Under the pieces are notes generated by a model. The model saw only the letters and a list, made by a program, of their open reading frames with translations, was not told the origin of the DNA and searched no databases. A stretch of 64,000 nt of DNA from Chthoniobacterales bacterium (GTDB taxonomy: Bacteria > Verrucomicrobiota > Verrucomicrobiia > Chthoniobacterales > JACTMZ01), in assembly GCA_049451035.1 (NCBI GenBank), contig JBMTVD010000001.1, positions 910-64,909 of the forward strand, read 5' to 3'. The position numbers and the translations under genes were made by a program. How positions within the stretch are numbered: position 1 is the first letter of the stretch; each line of letters begins with the position of its first letter. Shown one piece after another: positions 1-9,839 of this stretch.

Positions 1-1108
1 CGTCGTCGCGCAAGGCGCTCACCGACAAAAGAACGGGCACCCGGCTTCCGTCCTTGCGGACGTAGGTCCACTGCCGCGTCTCGGTCTGCCCCCGCCGGGG
101 GTAGGCCACGAAAACCTCGAACCCCGGTTCGACGACTTCGCCCAATTCGGCCGACAACTCTCCGGCGCGCTCCGCGACTTCCTGTGCATCGTGGAAGACA
201 CCCGGGGTTTGCCGCGCCACCATTTCCCCCGCTTTGTATCCGAGTAATCTCTCGGCTTCCGGGTTGAAAAGCGTGATGACGCCCTCGGTGGTAGCCGCGA
301 TGATGGCCGCCCCGGCATGGTTGAGGACTTCGCGCTGGAAACCCTGCTGTGAGCGTAGTTTCCGCAGCGCGTCGTTGAAAGCATCGACCAGCAAACCGAC
401 CTCGGTCTGGGCCGCCGATCCGGCTTGCAGCAGCGTCCCGCTCGGAGAGTCCTGCAACTGGCCGACCAGGCCCGACAAAGGACGCGTGATCCGCGCCGCA
501 ATGACGCGACTGACAAATACCACCGTCGCCACCATCAGGAATACGAGCACTCCGAACGAGCCCAGCAGCTGAAGAAGGACGCTGCGCTCGATGTCCCTGG
601 TGTGCAGACGGGTGACAAGCCACGCTCGGACGGGATGCAAGCCCGTGACCGAAGAGTCGGTCAACTCCACCGCGGTGATGGTTTCGAAAACGCCGCGGTA
701 AGCCGTCCTGCGGATGCCCAGACCGGCCGTATCCGCCATTTGCTGCAACAGTACGGGATCCAGCACGTTCGGCGGCAGCGTGTCGGCGCGCCGGCCGATC
801 AAGCCCTTCTCGCTGGAGAGAATGACCTCCAGCGGTTCGCCCGCCAGGACGAAAACGACGTCCACATGCCGCTCCGCGCCGACCGCCGTGACGATACGCT
901 GCATGTGGGAGCGCAACCGCGTGTTTTGGAGCGAGAGCACAATACCGGTTTCCAATGCGGAGACCTCGACACGGACCTGCTGCCTCACCACCGTCCGGAA
1001 AATCAGAAAGTACAAGACCGCGGTGACAACGACGGCGATCAGGCAGAATAGCAATACCGGCTTGAGCACCCGCCGGCCAAGCGTCGGAAACGCTCTGCGG
1101 GCGTTCAT
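1..1108 (-). CDS. Sensor protein, N-terminal part (TM, extracytoplasmic domain, TM, HAMP, PAS); the rest runs off the left edge
   Basis: Absent from the ORF track because it is truncated by the window edge. My minus-strand translation from ATG 1108 reads MNARRAFPTLGRRVLKPVLLFCLIAVVVTAVLYFLIF... A second hydrophobic span is LLQLLGSFGVLVFLMVATVVFV. It is followed by HAMP-like RVIAARITRPLSGLV...LVDAFNDALRKL and PAS-like REVLNHAGAAIIAATTEGVITLFNPEAERLLGYKAGEMV. The start overlaps the upstream gene stop (ATGA at 1105-1108). Confidence 0.7.
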   Translation of the reverse strand, partial: MNARRAFPTLGRRVLKPVLLFCLIAVVVTAVLYFLIFRTVVRQQVRVEVSALETGIVLSLQNTRLRSHMQRIVTAVGAERHVDVVFVLAGEPLEVILSSEKGLIGRRADTLPPNVLDPVLLQQMADTAGLGIRRTAYRGVFETITAVELTDSSVTGLHPVRAWLVTRLHTRDIERSVLLQLLGSFGVLVFLMVATVVFVSRVIAARITRPLSGLVGQLQDSPSGTLLQAGSAAQTEVGLLVDAFNDALRKLRSQQGFQREVLNHAGAAIIAATTEGVITLFNPEAERLLGYKAGEMVARQTPGVFHDAQEVAERAGELSAELGEVVEPGFEVFVAYPRRGQTETRQWTYVRKDGSRVPVLLSVSALRDD

Positions 1109-2046
1109 GGACCGCACTCGAGCAGACCGGGCTTGTTGCCGATGACTTTCATCAAGCGCAGATACTCGGCCGTGCTTTCGGCGACGGCGGGCAATTGGCC
1201 TTCCGGCCCGAGAAAGGCGGCCGAATCGGCGGGCGTGAGAAGGCGGATTCCCCCGCTCAGGGTCTCGGCGAATTCCTCCGGGGAGATACCCTCCCGCGCC
1301 GCCATGATGGCGATCGACTCCTCGGGGTGCGCTTGGAAGTAATCCCATGCCGCGTCCACCGCCCGGTTGATGGCCTCGGCCGCCGGGGGATCACCCTGCA
1401 AAAGCGAGGCATCCAGAGCCAGCACATCGACGACTTCCCCCGGTATTTCCGCCGAGGAAAAGATGACATGGAACGCCGGGTCCTCCAGCAATTTGAGGGC
1501 CACCGGCGGGTAGGTCACGACGGCCGAGAGGTCGCCGTCCCGCAGGATCTCTTCCATGGAAGCCTGGTCGCTCGAGACCGGTATCACGTCAGTCAAGGTC
1601 ATGCCATTGAGTTCCAAAGCGCGCCCCAGCATGAAGGTGCCGAGGGATTGCAACTCCACGCCGACCGGCAACCCCCGCAAGCCGGCCACGGAAGCGATAC
1701 CGCGCGGGGCGATGATGACATCCGCCCCCTCGGAAACGTCGAAAACCCGCGCCACGCGCAGGTCCCTCTCCGAGTCGTCACGGATCATGAGCACCTCGAC
1801 CATTGTGGTGGCCAAGCCGTCGATCTGCCCCAACCGGTAGGAGCGCCCGGCATCGGCCAGCGAATCAAACTCGACCAACTTGACCCGCAAGCCCTGCTGC
1901 GCGAAGAACCCTTTCTGGTCGGCCAGGGTAATGATCTCGTAGCCGGGCCACGCATTGATACCGATCCGGATCTCCCGATCGCCGACTCCCGGCGAGCATC
2001 CCACCAGCAGAAAGGCCGCCGCCGAGCACAAGCAAAGCGCTTTCAC
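1105..2046 (-). CDS. Periplasmic substrate-binding lipoprotein (NMT1/TauA-type ABC-transporter SBP fold)
   Basis: 313-aa ORF. Lipoprotein signal VKALCLCSAAAFLLVGCS (GTG start). IRIGINAWPGYEIITLADQKGFF and the overall pattern are typical of NitT/TauT-family binding proteins. Translationally coupled to the sensor gene. Confidence 0.8.
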   Translation of the reverse strand: MKALCLCSAAAFLLVGCSPGVGDREIRIGINAWPGYEIITLADQKGFFAQQGLRVKLVEFDSLADAGRSYRLGQIDGLATTMVEVLMIRDDSERDLRVARVFDVSEGADVIIAPRGIASVAGLRGLPVGVELQSLGTFMLGRALELNGMTLTDVIPVSSDQASMEEILRDGDLSAVVTYPPVALKLLEDPAFHVIFSSAEIPGEVVDVLALDASLLQGDPPAAEAINRAVDAAWDYFQAHPEESIAIMAAREGISPEEFAETLSGGIRLLTPADSAAFLGPEGQLPAVAESTAEYLRLMKVIGNKPGLLECGP

Positions 2047-2169
2047 AAACTCAAATTACGCCATTCCGGTGTTCCAGCCAAACGATTTGTCGGAGCCGAG
2101 CGCCGCCCAAACTTTGCATTCCGCAGACCGCGCGGAAATCGTAGAAAAAGGTCGGCTCCCCCACTGCGC

Positions 2170-3012
2170 ATGGCCGACCTCTCCGAACCTGCCTCCGCCG
2201 GAAGCCCGTGTTTGGCGCCGGGAAACCCGGCTCCCCCGGTCGACCGGCGCCGTTGCGTGGTCATCCCCAGCTACAATAACGGTCCGCGCCTCGAGCAGAC
2301 CGTGCGCGAAGTCCTGGCCGTCTGGCAACCGGTCGTCGTGGTCATCGACGGGTCGACCGACGGGAGCAACATTGCCATCGTCCACCTCGCCGCGCAGGAG
2401 CCCGGTCTCCACGTGTTGGCCCAGCCGCACAACACCGGCAAAGGCGCCGCCGTCTTCGCCGCTTTCAACTACGCCGTCGATCGCGGATGGACCAACGCGG
2501 TCGTGTTCGATGCCGACGGACAACACGATGCGGCCGACATACCGAAGTTCATGGAAGCGGCCGGGGAAAACCCGACCGCGCTGGTGCTGGGCCAACCGCA
2601 ATACGGCGACGACGCTCCTCTCTGGCATATCATCGGCCACGGCGTGGCCAACCGGCTGGCGAGACTGGAAACCCTGCGTCCCGGATTGGGTGATTCGCTC
2701 TTCGGGCTGCGTCTCTATCCCATGCTGGCCATGATCAAAGCGCTGCGACGCATCCGCGGCGGGCGTCGTTTCGATTTTGAGACACAGGCGGTAGTGCGCA
2801 TGGTCTGGCTGGGTGTACCCACCATGAAGCTGCCCGCGACGGTGCGCTATCCGAAGAATCGCGTCCGCCACTTCCGCTACCTGCGCGACAATCTCCTGCT
2901 CTGCCGCGTCCATTGCTGGCTCCTCCTGCGCTCGGTCTTCATCTGGCCCAAACTCCTCTGGCGCAAACTGACCAAAGCCCCGCCGTTTGACGCCGCCAAA
3001 TATCGCGGCTAA
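2170..3012 (+). CDS. Family 2 glycosyltransferase
   Basis: ATG at 2170 lies inside the longer 1195..3012 ORF. Motifs VVIPSYNNGPRLEQTV, IDGSTDGS and VVFDADGQHD (DxD), plus a C-terminal hydrophobic helix. Confidence 0.8.
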   Translation: MADLSEPASAGSPCLAPGNPAPPVDRRRCVVIPSYNNGPRLEQTVREVLAVWQPVVVVIDGSTDGSNIAIVHLAAQEPGLHVLAQPHNTGKGAAVFAAFNYAVDRGWTNAVVFDADGQHDAADIPKFMEAAGENPTALVLGQPQYGDDAPLWHIIGHGVANRLARLETLRPGLGDSLFGLRLYPMLAMIKALRRIRGGRRFDFETQAVVRMVWLGVPTMKLPATVRYPKNRVRHFRYLRDNLLLCRVHCWLLLRSVFIWPKLLWRKLTKAPPFDAAKYRG

Positions 3013-3027
3013 AAGGTCGTCGGTTTC

Positions 3028-3102
3028 GCGCGGTTAGCTCAGCGGTAGAGCGGCTCGTTTACACCGAGTTGGTCGGGGGTTCGATCCCCTCACCGCGCAC
3101 CA
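3028..3102 (+). tRNA. tRNA-Val (anticodon UAC), CCA encoded
   Basis: Hand-folded cloverleaf. Acceptor GCGCGGU/ACCGCGC, D-stem GCUC/GAGC, anticodon stem GCUCG/CGAGU with loop UUUACAC, T-arm GGGGG-UUCGAUC-CCCUC, discriminator A, then CCA. Confidence 0.9.
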
Positions 3103-3154
3103 TTCTTGCCGCGGGCGCGGTTTTTGTTTAACCCCTTCGTTTTCCCTTCCCCCT

Positions 3155-4483
3155 ATGCAGAAGCCCCATCTTTCTTTCTGGCAGATCTGGAACATGTCCT
3201 TCGGATTCCTCGGGATCCAATTCGGGTGGGGCCTGCAAATGGCCAACATGTCGGCCATTTACCAGATGCTCGGGGCCGAGGAATCGGAACTGCCGCTGCT
3301 CTGGCTGGCCGCGCCGGTCACCGGTCTGCTCGTCCAACCGATCATCGGCTACATGAGCGACCGCACATGGAACCGCCTCGGGCGGCGCCGCCCGTTTTTC
3401 CTCATCGGCGCGATCCTCGCCTCCATCGCCCTCGTCTTCATGCCGAACTCGGGCACGATTTGGATGGCGGCCGGTTTGCTCTGGATTCTCGACGCGTCGG
3501 TCAATGTGAGCATGGAGCCCTTCCGCGCTTTCGTGGCCGACAAATTGCCGGAGGAGCAGCGCAAGCAGGGTTTCGCCGTCCAGAGTCTCTTCATCGGACT
3601 CGGCGCCGTGCTCTCCTCGGCGCTGCCTTTCATCCTGACCAACTGGTTCGGTGTGGCCGGCACCGCCTCCGAAGGGAAAATCCCTCCCGCCGTGCACATC
3701 GCGTTCTACACCGGCGCAGCGGCCTTCATGATCGCCGTGCTTTGGACGATCGTGACGACGGACGAATATCCGCCGGAAGACATGGCGGCGTTCGAGCGGA
3801 TGAAAGCCGAGCATACCGGCGTGGGCGGCTTCCTGCGTGAATTCATCATCGGGCTCAAGACCATGCCGGCCACCATGCGCCAACTTGCCTGGGTGCAGTT
3901 CTTCACCTGGATGGGGCTGTTCTGCATGTGGATCTATTTCTCCCCGGCCATCGCCCGCCATGTCTTCGGCGCGGTCAAGGACACCCCGCAGTACGCCGAT
4001 CTCGTCGCGCAGGCCGGGCAATGGACCGGTGTCAGTTTCTCGGTCTACAACGGCGTGTGTTTCGTCTTCTCTTTCATTCTCCTCGCCTTGACCCGCAGGT
4101 TCTCGGCCAAGGCCATCCACATCTTCTGCCTGCTGCTCGGCGCCGCCGGGCTCGCCTCGGTGGCGGCCATCACGCAGAAGGAAGTCCTCCTGCTTTCCAT
4201 GGTCGGCGTGGGCATCGCGTGGGCGTCGATTCTCTCCATGCCCTACGCCATGCTCTCCAACTGCCTGCCCGCGGACAAAATGGGCTTCTACATGGGCGTC
4301 TTCAACTTCTTCATCGTCCTTCCGCAAATCACCGTGGCCCTCGGCCTCGGCGAGGTCCTCCGGCACTTCCCGCAAATCGACTCGCTCTGGGTTGTCGTCG
4401 GCGGCGGCCTCTGTTTCCTCCTCGCGGCGCTGCTGACCCTGCGCGTCCAGTCGTCCGAAACTTCCGCCCGCGCGCTCGGATAA
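3155..4483 (+). CDS. MFS sugar transporter, GPH/SLC45 (sucrose/maltose-H+ symporter-like) family
   Basis: 442 aa, about 12 hydrophobic segments. The N-terminal signature is GYMSDRTWNRLGRRRPFFLIGA. Confidence 0.85.
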   Translation: MQKPHLSFWQIWNMSFGFLGIQFGWGLQMANMSAIYQMLGAEESELPLLWLAAPVTGLLVQPIIGYMSDRTWNRLGRRRPFFLIGAILASIALVFMPNSGTIWMAAGLLWILDASVNVSMEPFRAFVADKLPEEQRKQGFAVQSLFIGLGAVLSSALPFILTNWFGVAGTASEGKIPPAVHIAFYTGAAAFMIAVLWTIVTTDEYPPEDMAAFERMKAEHTGVGGFLREFIIGLKTMPATMRQLAWVQFFTWMGLFCMWIYFSPAIARHVFGAVKDTPQYADLVAQAGQWTGVSFSVYNGVCFVFSFILLALTRRFSAKAIHIFCLLLGAAGLASVAAITQKEVLLLSMVGVGIAWASILSMPYAMLSNCLPADKMGFYMGVFNFFIVLPQITVALGLGEVLRHFPQIDSLWVVVGGGLCFLLAALLTLRVQSSETSARALG

Positions 4484-6049
4484 TTGGCGGGCCAAAATCG
4501 CCGTGAATTGGCGTATGATGCCGCCGTGTCGACCACCCCGCAGCCCCGGCAGAGCCGTCTTGATCTCTGGCTGATCCTTCTTCTGGCCGCTGTCCTGCGT
4601 TTTTGGGCGCTCGACATCAAGGATCCGCATTTCGACGAAGGCATCAACGGTTGGTTTGCCGACCGTTTGCGCGAGCAGGGTGGTTTCGTTTACGACCCGA
4701 CCAACTACCACGGGCCCTGGCACTTCTACTCGGTCTTTCTTTCGCAGAGTTTGTTCGGGCGCAATATCTGGGCCCTGCGCCTGCCGGCAATCCTCGCCAG
4801 TCTTCTTTGCATCCCGGCACTCTTTCTCTTCGCCCGTTGGTTCGGACGCCGCGCGGCGCGTTGGGCCGCCCTGGCCTTCGCCGTCTCGCCGGCCGCCATG
4901 TTTTACGGCCGCTACTCCATCCACGAGCCGTGGTTTGTCCTCTTCTGCATGCTTTTCACGTGGGGCGTGATCGCCCTGTGGTTGGAGCGGGACAAGGCCG
5001 GCCTGTGGGCCGCGGCGGCCGGGCTGACCGGGATGCTTCTGAACAAGGAGACCTACCTTATCCACGCGGTGTCCCTTCTGCTGGCCGGCGGCATGTTCGC
5101 GCTGTGGAACCGTGTCTCGCCTTTGAAGCCGCCTCCGGAGCGCGCCGCCGCGCGCGCTTGGCGCGACCGGGACGCGTGGACCGCGGCGGGCACGATGCTG
5201 TTTCTGCTCGTCTTTTTCTACTCGGGAAATTTTTTCAATTTCTCCGGACTGCTCGGCCCGTCGCAGGCTTTGCTGGAGTGGACCAAAACCGGGGTGGCGG
5301 CCAACGGACACGACAAGCCGGCCTACGAAGTGCTGCCGTTCGTCAATTATTACTGGGTGGCCCTGCTCGCGCGCTACGAGTGGCCCGCGCTCATCGGGCT
5401 GGTCTGGTCGGCGCGCTACGCCTGGCCCGGGCCGGCCGTGCCGCGGTTGCTGTCCATTTACGCGGCCGGCATCCTCGTTGCCTACTCGATCGTTCCCTAC
5501 AAAACACCCTGGTGCATCATTTCCATTCTCTGGCCGTGGTTTCTGTTCTTCGGGGCGGCGGTCGAGGCGGCCCGGAAGACGTGGGCGCGCGCCGCCGGCC
5601 TCCTCCTGCTGGCGGCGTCGCTCGGCCTGGCACTCCGCCTCAATTTCCGCCAGTACGAAAACGACGCCGAGCCCTACGTCTATGTGCAGACGTACAACTC
5701 GCTGCGCACGCTGACTGCTCCCCTGCTCGAGGCGGCGCGGCACGATCCTCGGTTTTACCGCATGACCGGCGCGGTGTGCTGCGACTACTACCCGCTGCCC
5801 TGGGTGCTCGGTGATTTCACCGGCTTGGCCTGGCACGGCCGACCCGATCCGGCCAAAGGGAAAAAGCTGCCGGCTTCCTTTGCCGAATGCGACTTTGTGG
5901 TCGTCGAGACCAAGGACGCCCCGGCGGTGCGCGCCAGCTTGCCCGAGGGTTATGTCGAGCGCCGCTTCGAGTTCCGCTCGGGCATGGAGGAGTGCACTGT
6001 CTTTTTTGCGCCGCGTGTCATCAGCCGGCGCTGGGACCACAGCCGATGA
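4484..6049 (+). CDS. Polytopic membrane glycosyltransferase-like protein (GT-C fold, PMT_2/ArnT-like, TIGR03663-like)
   Basis: 521 aa with many TM segments. The first-loop acidic motif is LDIKDPHFDEGINGWFADRL. The track start is a TTG directly after the MFS stop; GTG 4526 (MSTTPQPRQSRLDLWLILLLAAV) is an equally plausible start. Confidence 0.75.
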   Translation: MAGQNRRELAYDAAVSTTPQPRQSRLDLWLILLLAAVLRFWALDIKDPHFDEGINGWFADRLREQGGFVYDPTNYHGPWHFYSVFLSQSLFGRNIWALRLPAILASLLCIPALFLFARWFGRRAARWAALAFAVSPAAMFYGRYSIHEPWFVLFCMLFTWGVIALWLERDKAGLWAAAAGLTGMLLNKETYLIHAVSLLLAGGMFALWNRVSPLKPPPERAAARAWRDRDAWTAAGTMLFLLVFFYSGNFFNFSGLLGPSQALLEWTKTGVAANGHDKPAYEVLPFVNYYWVALLARYEWPALIGLVWSARYAWPGPAVPRLLSIYAAGILVAYSIVPYKTPWCIISILWPWFLFFGAAVEAARKTWARAAGLLLLAASLGLALRLNFRQYENDAEPYVYVQTYNSLRTLTAPLLEAARHDPRFYRMTGAVCCDYYPLPWVLGDFTGLAWHGRPDPAKGKKLPASFAECDFVVVETKDAPAVRASLPEGYVERRFEFRSGMEECTVFFAPRVISRRWDHSR

Positions 6050-7755
6050 CCGGTTGGCGATGGTTGTGCGCGGGGTTGGTCTTCGTCGCGGTCTCCACGA
6101 CGGTGGCGGCCGGGCTCGGCCAACTGGCCGGGGGTCTGGGCCAAATCCACGCGTGGATCGCGCTGGGCGCGGGAGCGCTGGCGGGATCGGCCACGTGGAG
6201 CCGCGCCGCCGCGCCCCGGCAAACGATCACCGTGGCCGACGGGATTCTGTTCGCCGTGTTTGCCCTCGCCGCCCTGCGCGCGTTCCTCTGGGTCCTCTAC
6301 GAACAAAACAACGAACTCAAAGTTCTCTCGCCGCACAATCTCGGCGACATGGCGCTGCATCTGAACCTGATCCGGCGCTGGGCGTCCGGCGGCGACTTCT
6401 GGCCGGAGAACCCGTTCATGGCCGGCGCCATCTTCCCCTACCACCCGGGGATGGATCTTTGGAATGCCGTGCTGGCCATCACCGGCGTGCCGGTGCCCGA
6501 GGGACTGCGCTGGGCCGGACTTCTCGGATCGGCCGCCGCGGCCGCGGCCCTCTGGCGCTGGGGGCGCGGGTTCGCCCTGGCTGCATTCCTCTTTGCCGGG
6601 GGATTTGCCGCGCTTGTTCTTGTGCGCGGTGACGCGCCCGCGGCCTTCGAGGAAAATCTCGCGTGGAAGAATCTTTTCCTCGCCATGTTCGTCACCCAGC
6701 GCGGGTTGCTTTATTCGCTGGCGGCCGGACTCGTCCTGATGTGCGTGTGGCGCGCGCAGTTGCGCGGCGAGAAGGACGGTCCGCGCCTGGCGATGCCCGC
6801 GCAGATCGCGCTCTACGCCACGATGCCCCTCTTCAACGCGCCGGCCTTTCTTTTCCTGAGCGCTTTGCTGGCCGTGAGTTTTCTCGCCGCCTGGCCCTCG
6901 GGGCGCGCACGTCCCTTCTTCGCCGTCGGCACGGCCAGCTTCATCCCCGCATTGTGGTTGGTCGCCATGGTCACGGTAAACTTCACCGCCCCGTCGGCCC
7001 TGCGGTTCGCGCCGGGTTGGATGCAGGACAGCGAGGGTCTGTGGTTCTGGCTGCGCAACTTCGGCGTGCTGCCCTTCATGGTCGCGGCCCTCGGCGTGGC
7101 CGTGGTGCGGCGCGGCGACGGAGCCGCCCGCGTGTACTGTCTGGTGGGCACCGCCACGTTGGTCTTTTGCCTGCTCTTCGCCATCGCGCCGTGGGCCTGG
7201 GACAACACCAAGCTGATGATCTGGGGTTACCTGGCTCTGGCGCCGTTCCTCTGGACCGAGTTGATCGGCCGATGGCCGGCCGTTTGGCGCGCGGTGACCT
7301 GCTTCGCGCTTTTTGCCTCCGGCGCCGTGTCGCTGGCCGCCGGTTTGGACGCCCGCCACGGTTACGGCTTGGCCGACCGGAGCGAGTTGGCCGACACCGA
7401 GGTGTTGCTGCGCTCTCTGCCGCCCGATGCGCGGGTGGCCTGCCGTCCGGGCTACAACCATCCGGTTCTGCTCCTCGGCCAACCGGTCGTCATGGGTTAT
7501 GACGGACACCTCTTCAGCCAAGGACTCGATTACGCCGCGCTGCAGCGCGATCTGGACACGCTGATGTCCGGGGGACCGGCATGGCGGCACGCCGCACGTC
7601 GTCTGCAAACGCAGTACTTGCTCTGGGGGCCGCGCGAGGCCGCGCAGTGGAAATCATCCGCGCAGGGATGGAAAGAATGCGCGGTCGTGGTGGCGAGCAC
7701 CGCCAAGGGCGGAACGCTTTATCTGATCACGCCCTGCCTGCTCGGGGAGGACTAG
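6046..7755 (+). CDS. Polytopic membrane protein of unknown function (possible partner of the preceding GT-C-like protein)
   Basis: ATG 6046 overlaps the upstream stop (ATGA). MTGWRWLCAGLVFVAV... is followed by more than 10 hydrophobic segments. Loop motifs GDMALHLNLIRRW and FPYHPGMDLW are present. The C-terminal ~110 aa is soluble. Confidence 0.65.
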   Translation: MTGWRWLCAGLVFVAVSTTVAAGLGQLAGGLGQIHAWIALGAGALAGSATWSRAAAPRQTITVADGILFAVFALAALRAFLWVLYEQNNELKVLSPHNLGDMALHLNLIRRWASGGDFWPENPFMAGAIFPYHPGMDLWNAVLAITGVPVPEGLRWAGLLGSAAAAAALWRWGRGFALAAFLFAGGFAALVLVRGDAPAAFEENLAWKNLFLAMFVTQRGLLYSLAAGLVLMCVWRAQLRGEKDGPRLAMPAQIALYATMPLFNAPAFLFLSALLAVSFLAAWPSGRARPFFAVGTASFIPALWLVAMVTVNFTAPSALRFAPGWMQDSEGLWFWLRNFGVLPFMVAALGVAVVRRGDGAARVYCLVGTATLVFCLLFAIAPWAWDNTKLMIWGYLALAPFLWTELIGRWPAVWRAVTCFALFASGAVSLAAGLDARHGYGLADRSELADTEVLLRSLPPDARVACRPGYNHPVLLLGQPVVMGYDGHLFSQGLDYAALQRDLDTLMSGGPAWRHAARRLQTQYLLWGPREAAQWKSSAQGWKECAVVVASTAKGGTLYLITPCLLGED

Positions 7756-8357
7756 AACCGCCACATCTTGCCCTGCCGCGCGTCCGCGAAGACCTGCGGG
7801 CTGAGCATGTAAGACATCGGCGGATCGGGCAGGTGAGTATCGTCCAGGCGCGGGAGTGACTTGCCGATCGTGGCATCCCACGGCTGGCTGGTGGCAATGT
7901 TGATCGGCGTGCCGGAGCGGACAAGGTTGAAAGTCTTTTGCGCGGCCTTGAGCGGCATGCGCACGCAACCGTGCGTGCTGGGCTGCGCTTTGACAAAGCC
8001 CCAATGCAGGCCGTAGGCGGGCTTGAATTCCATCCAATAAGTCATCGGATACCCGGCCCCGGGACTGCTCACGCGACGGCGATTGGCCGTCTTGGAATAA
8101 ATGGTGTAGTTGCCATGCGGCGTGGGGGTCGACGCCTTGCCGACCGAAACCGGGGTGGCCAGGAGGACTTTGCCGCCCTCGACCACATAGAGTCGCTGGG
8201 CGCCGGTGCTCAGCTTGAGTTGAACATTGCCCGGGTTTTGCGGTGCTTGCACCGGCGGGTCGAAAGAGAAGGAATTGGGTCCCGCAAGGCGGGTGGTCTG
8301 GCAGCCGGTCAAAACCACGGCGACGACGGCGCAAAGGCAGGCAAAGGCAGGTCTCAT
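7752..8357 (-). CDS. L,D-transpeptidase (YkuD domain) lipoprotein
   Basis: ATG 8357 gives MRPAFACLCAVVAVVLTGCQ (lipobox). The catalytic motif is YGLHWGFVKAQPSTHGCVRM. The longer 426-aa track ORF upstream of this Met is not protein-like. Confidence 0.85.
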   Translation of the reverse strand: MRPAFACLCAVVAVVLTGCQTTRLAGPNSFSFDPPVQAPQNPGNVQLKLSTGAQRLYVVEGGKVLLATPVSVGKASTPTPHGNYTIYSKTANRRRVSSPGAGYPMTYWMEFKPAYGLHWGFVKAQPSTHGCVRMPLKAAQKTFNLVRSGTPINIATSQPWDATIGKSLPRLDDTHLPDPPMSYMLSPQVFADARQGKMWRF

Positions 8358-8477
8358 GCCCCTCACCCCTAGTGATTTGGCGGCACTTGGCAAGTGGAAT
8401 CGGCCGGGCGGCAACTTGCGGGTTGCCTTGCGGCTTCGGGCGGGAGAGAAATTTTGTCTCACTGGGGGCCGTCCTGC

Positions 8478-9833
8478 TTGAAAAAAATCATTCTCATCGT
8501 CGACGACGAAAAAAACACCCGCGAAGGGTTGCGCAATGCGCTCGAGGATCACTACGAGGTCGCCATAGCGGCGGACATCGCCGGGGCCCGGGCGATCATG
8601 GAGACAGAGCACGTCGATCTTCTTCTCACCGACCTGCGCCTCGGAGGTGAGAACGGCATGGATTTGCTCTCCTGGGCCCAACGCCAGCAAAACCCGCCGG
8701 TCTGCATCATGATGACCGCTTACGGCGGCATCGAGGAAGCCGTGGAAGCGATGAAGCACGGCGCCTACGACTTCGTGACCAAACCCGTCAACATCGACCG
8801 TCTCGACCTGCTGGTGAAACGCTCCCTGCACGGGACGGAGATCGAACGCGAAAACACGCGATTGCGCGAGCAGATGGACAAAAAGTTCGGGCTGGAATCC
8901 TTCGTCGGCGAGTCCCCGGCCATCGAGCACGTGCTGGAAACAATCCGGCAAGTGGCCCCGTCCCGCGCCACCGTCCTGGTCACAGGCGAGAGCGGCACGG
9001 GCAAGGAACTCGCCGCTCACGCCATCCACCAATTAAGTCCGCGCCGCCGAGGTCCGTTTGTCGCGGTGCACTGCGCCGCGCTCTCGCCGCAACTGCTCGA
9101 AAGCGAACTCTTCGGCCACGAGAAGGGCGCTTTCACCGGCGCCAGCGAGCGCCGCATCGGGCGCTTCGAACAGGCCGCGGGAGGAACGCTCTTTCTCGAC
9201 GAGATCGGCGAGATCGACGCGGCCACGCAGGTGAAAATCCTGCGCGTGCTCGGCGAGCGAGTCTTCGAACGCGTGGGCGGCAACAAACCGGTCAACGCCG
9301 ACGTGCGCCTCGTCGCGGCCACCAACCGTGATTTGGCCAAGATGGTGGCCGAGGGCAAATTCCGCGAGGACCTTTATTTCCGGCTCAACGTGGTGCAACT
9401 GCAACTGCCCCCCTTGCGGGAACGGCGCGAGGACATCCCCCTGCTGGCCGAACACTTCCTGCGCGAAGCGGCCAGGGAAAACGACAAACCGGTGCGCGAA
9501 TTGACGGCGGATGCAATGCGCTGCCTCGTTGCGCATGACTGGCCGGGCAATGTGCGCGAACTGCGGGCCGCCATCGAACACGGCGTGGTCATGAGCAACG
9601 GCCCGAAGATCACCGTGCGCGACCTCCCCGGAAGCCTGCGGTCCGCCCTGCCCGGCCCCGTGCATCCGCGCGGACCGCTGCCTCTCAACCTCGACGAAAC
9701 CGAGTTGGCTCTCATGCGCCGCGCCCTGTCCGAATGCAAGGGCAACCGCACTCTGGCCGCCAAAAAGCTCGGCATCAGCCGCCGTACCCTCCACCGCAAA
9801 CTGCGCGAGCATCCCGGATTGGGCGACGCGTGA
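8478..9833 (+). CDS. Sigma-54-dependent response regulator (NtrC family: REC, AAA+, Fis-type HTH)
   Basis: REC domain KKIILIVDDEKNTREGL...DLLLTDLRL. AAA+ motifs GESGTGKELAAHAIH and ELFGHEKGAFTGA. C-terminal HTH NRTLAAKKLGISRRTLHRKL. TTG 8478 is the preferred start; the track start is GTG 8394. No histidine kinase gene is adjacent. Confidence 0.9.
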   Translation: MKKIILIVDDEKNTREGLRNALEDHYEVAIAADIAGARAIMETEHVDLLLTDLRLGGENGMDLLSWAQRQQNPPVCIMMTAYGGIEEAVEAMKHGAYDFVTKPVNIDRLDLLVKRSLHGTEIERENTRLREQMDKKFGLESFVGESPAIEHVLETIRQVAPSRATVLVTGESGTGKELAAHAIHQLSPRRRGPFVAVHCAALSPQLLESELFGHEKGAFTGASERRIGRFEQAAGGTLFLDEIGEIDAATQVKILRVLGERVFERVGGNKPVNADVRLVAATNRDLAKMVAEGKFREDLYFRLNVVQLQLPPLRERREDIPLLAEHFLREAARENDKPVRELTADAMRCLVAHDWPGNVRELRAAIEHGVVMSNGPKITVRDLPGSLRSALPGPVHPRGPLPLNLDETELALMRRALSECKGNRTLAAKKLGISRRTLHRKLREHPGLGDA

Positions 9834-9839
9834 CCCGCC

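Noticed and set aside
3128-6040. 970-aa ORF on the minus strand spanning the MFS transporter and the first GT-C-like gene
   Set aside because: It is an antisense shadow ORF typical of high-GC DNA. The translation is an R/G/P/E/H-rich string with no domain pattern. The plus-strand products show clear transporter and membrane-protein features.
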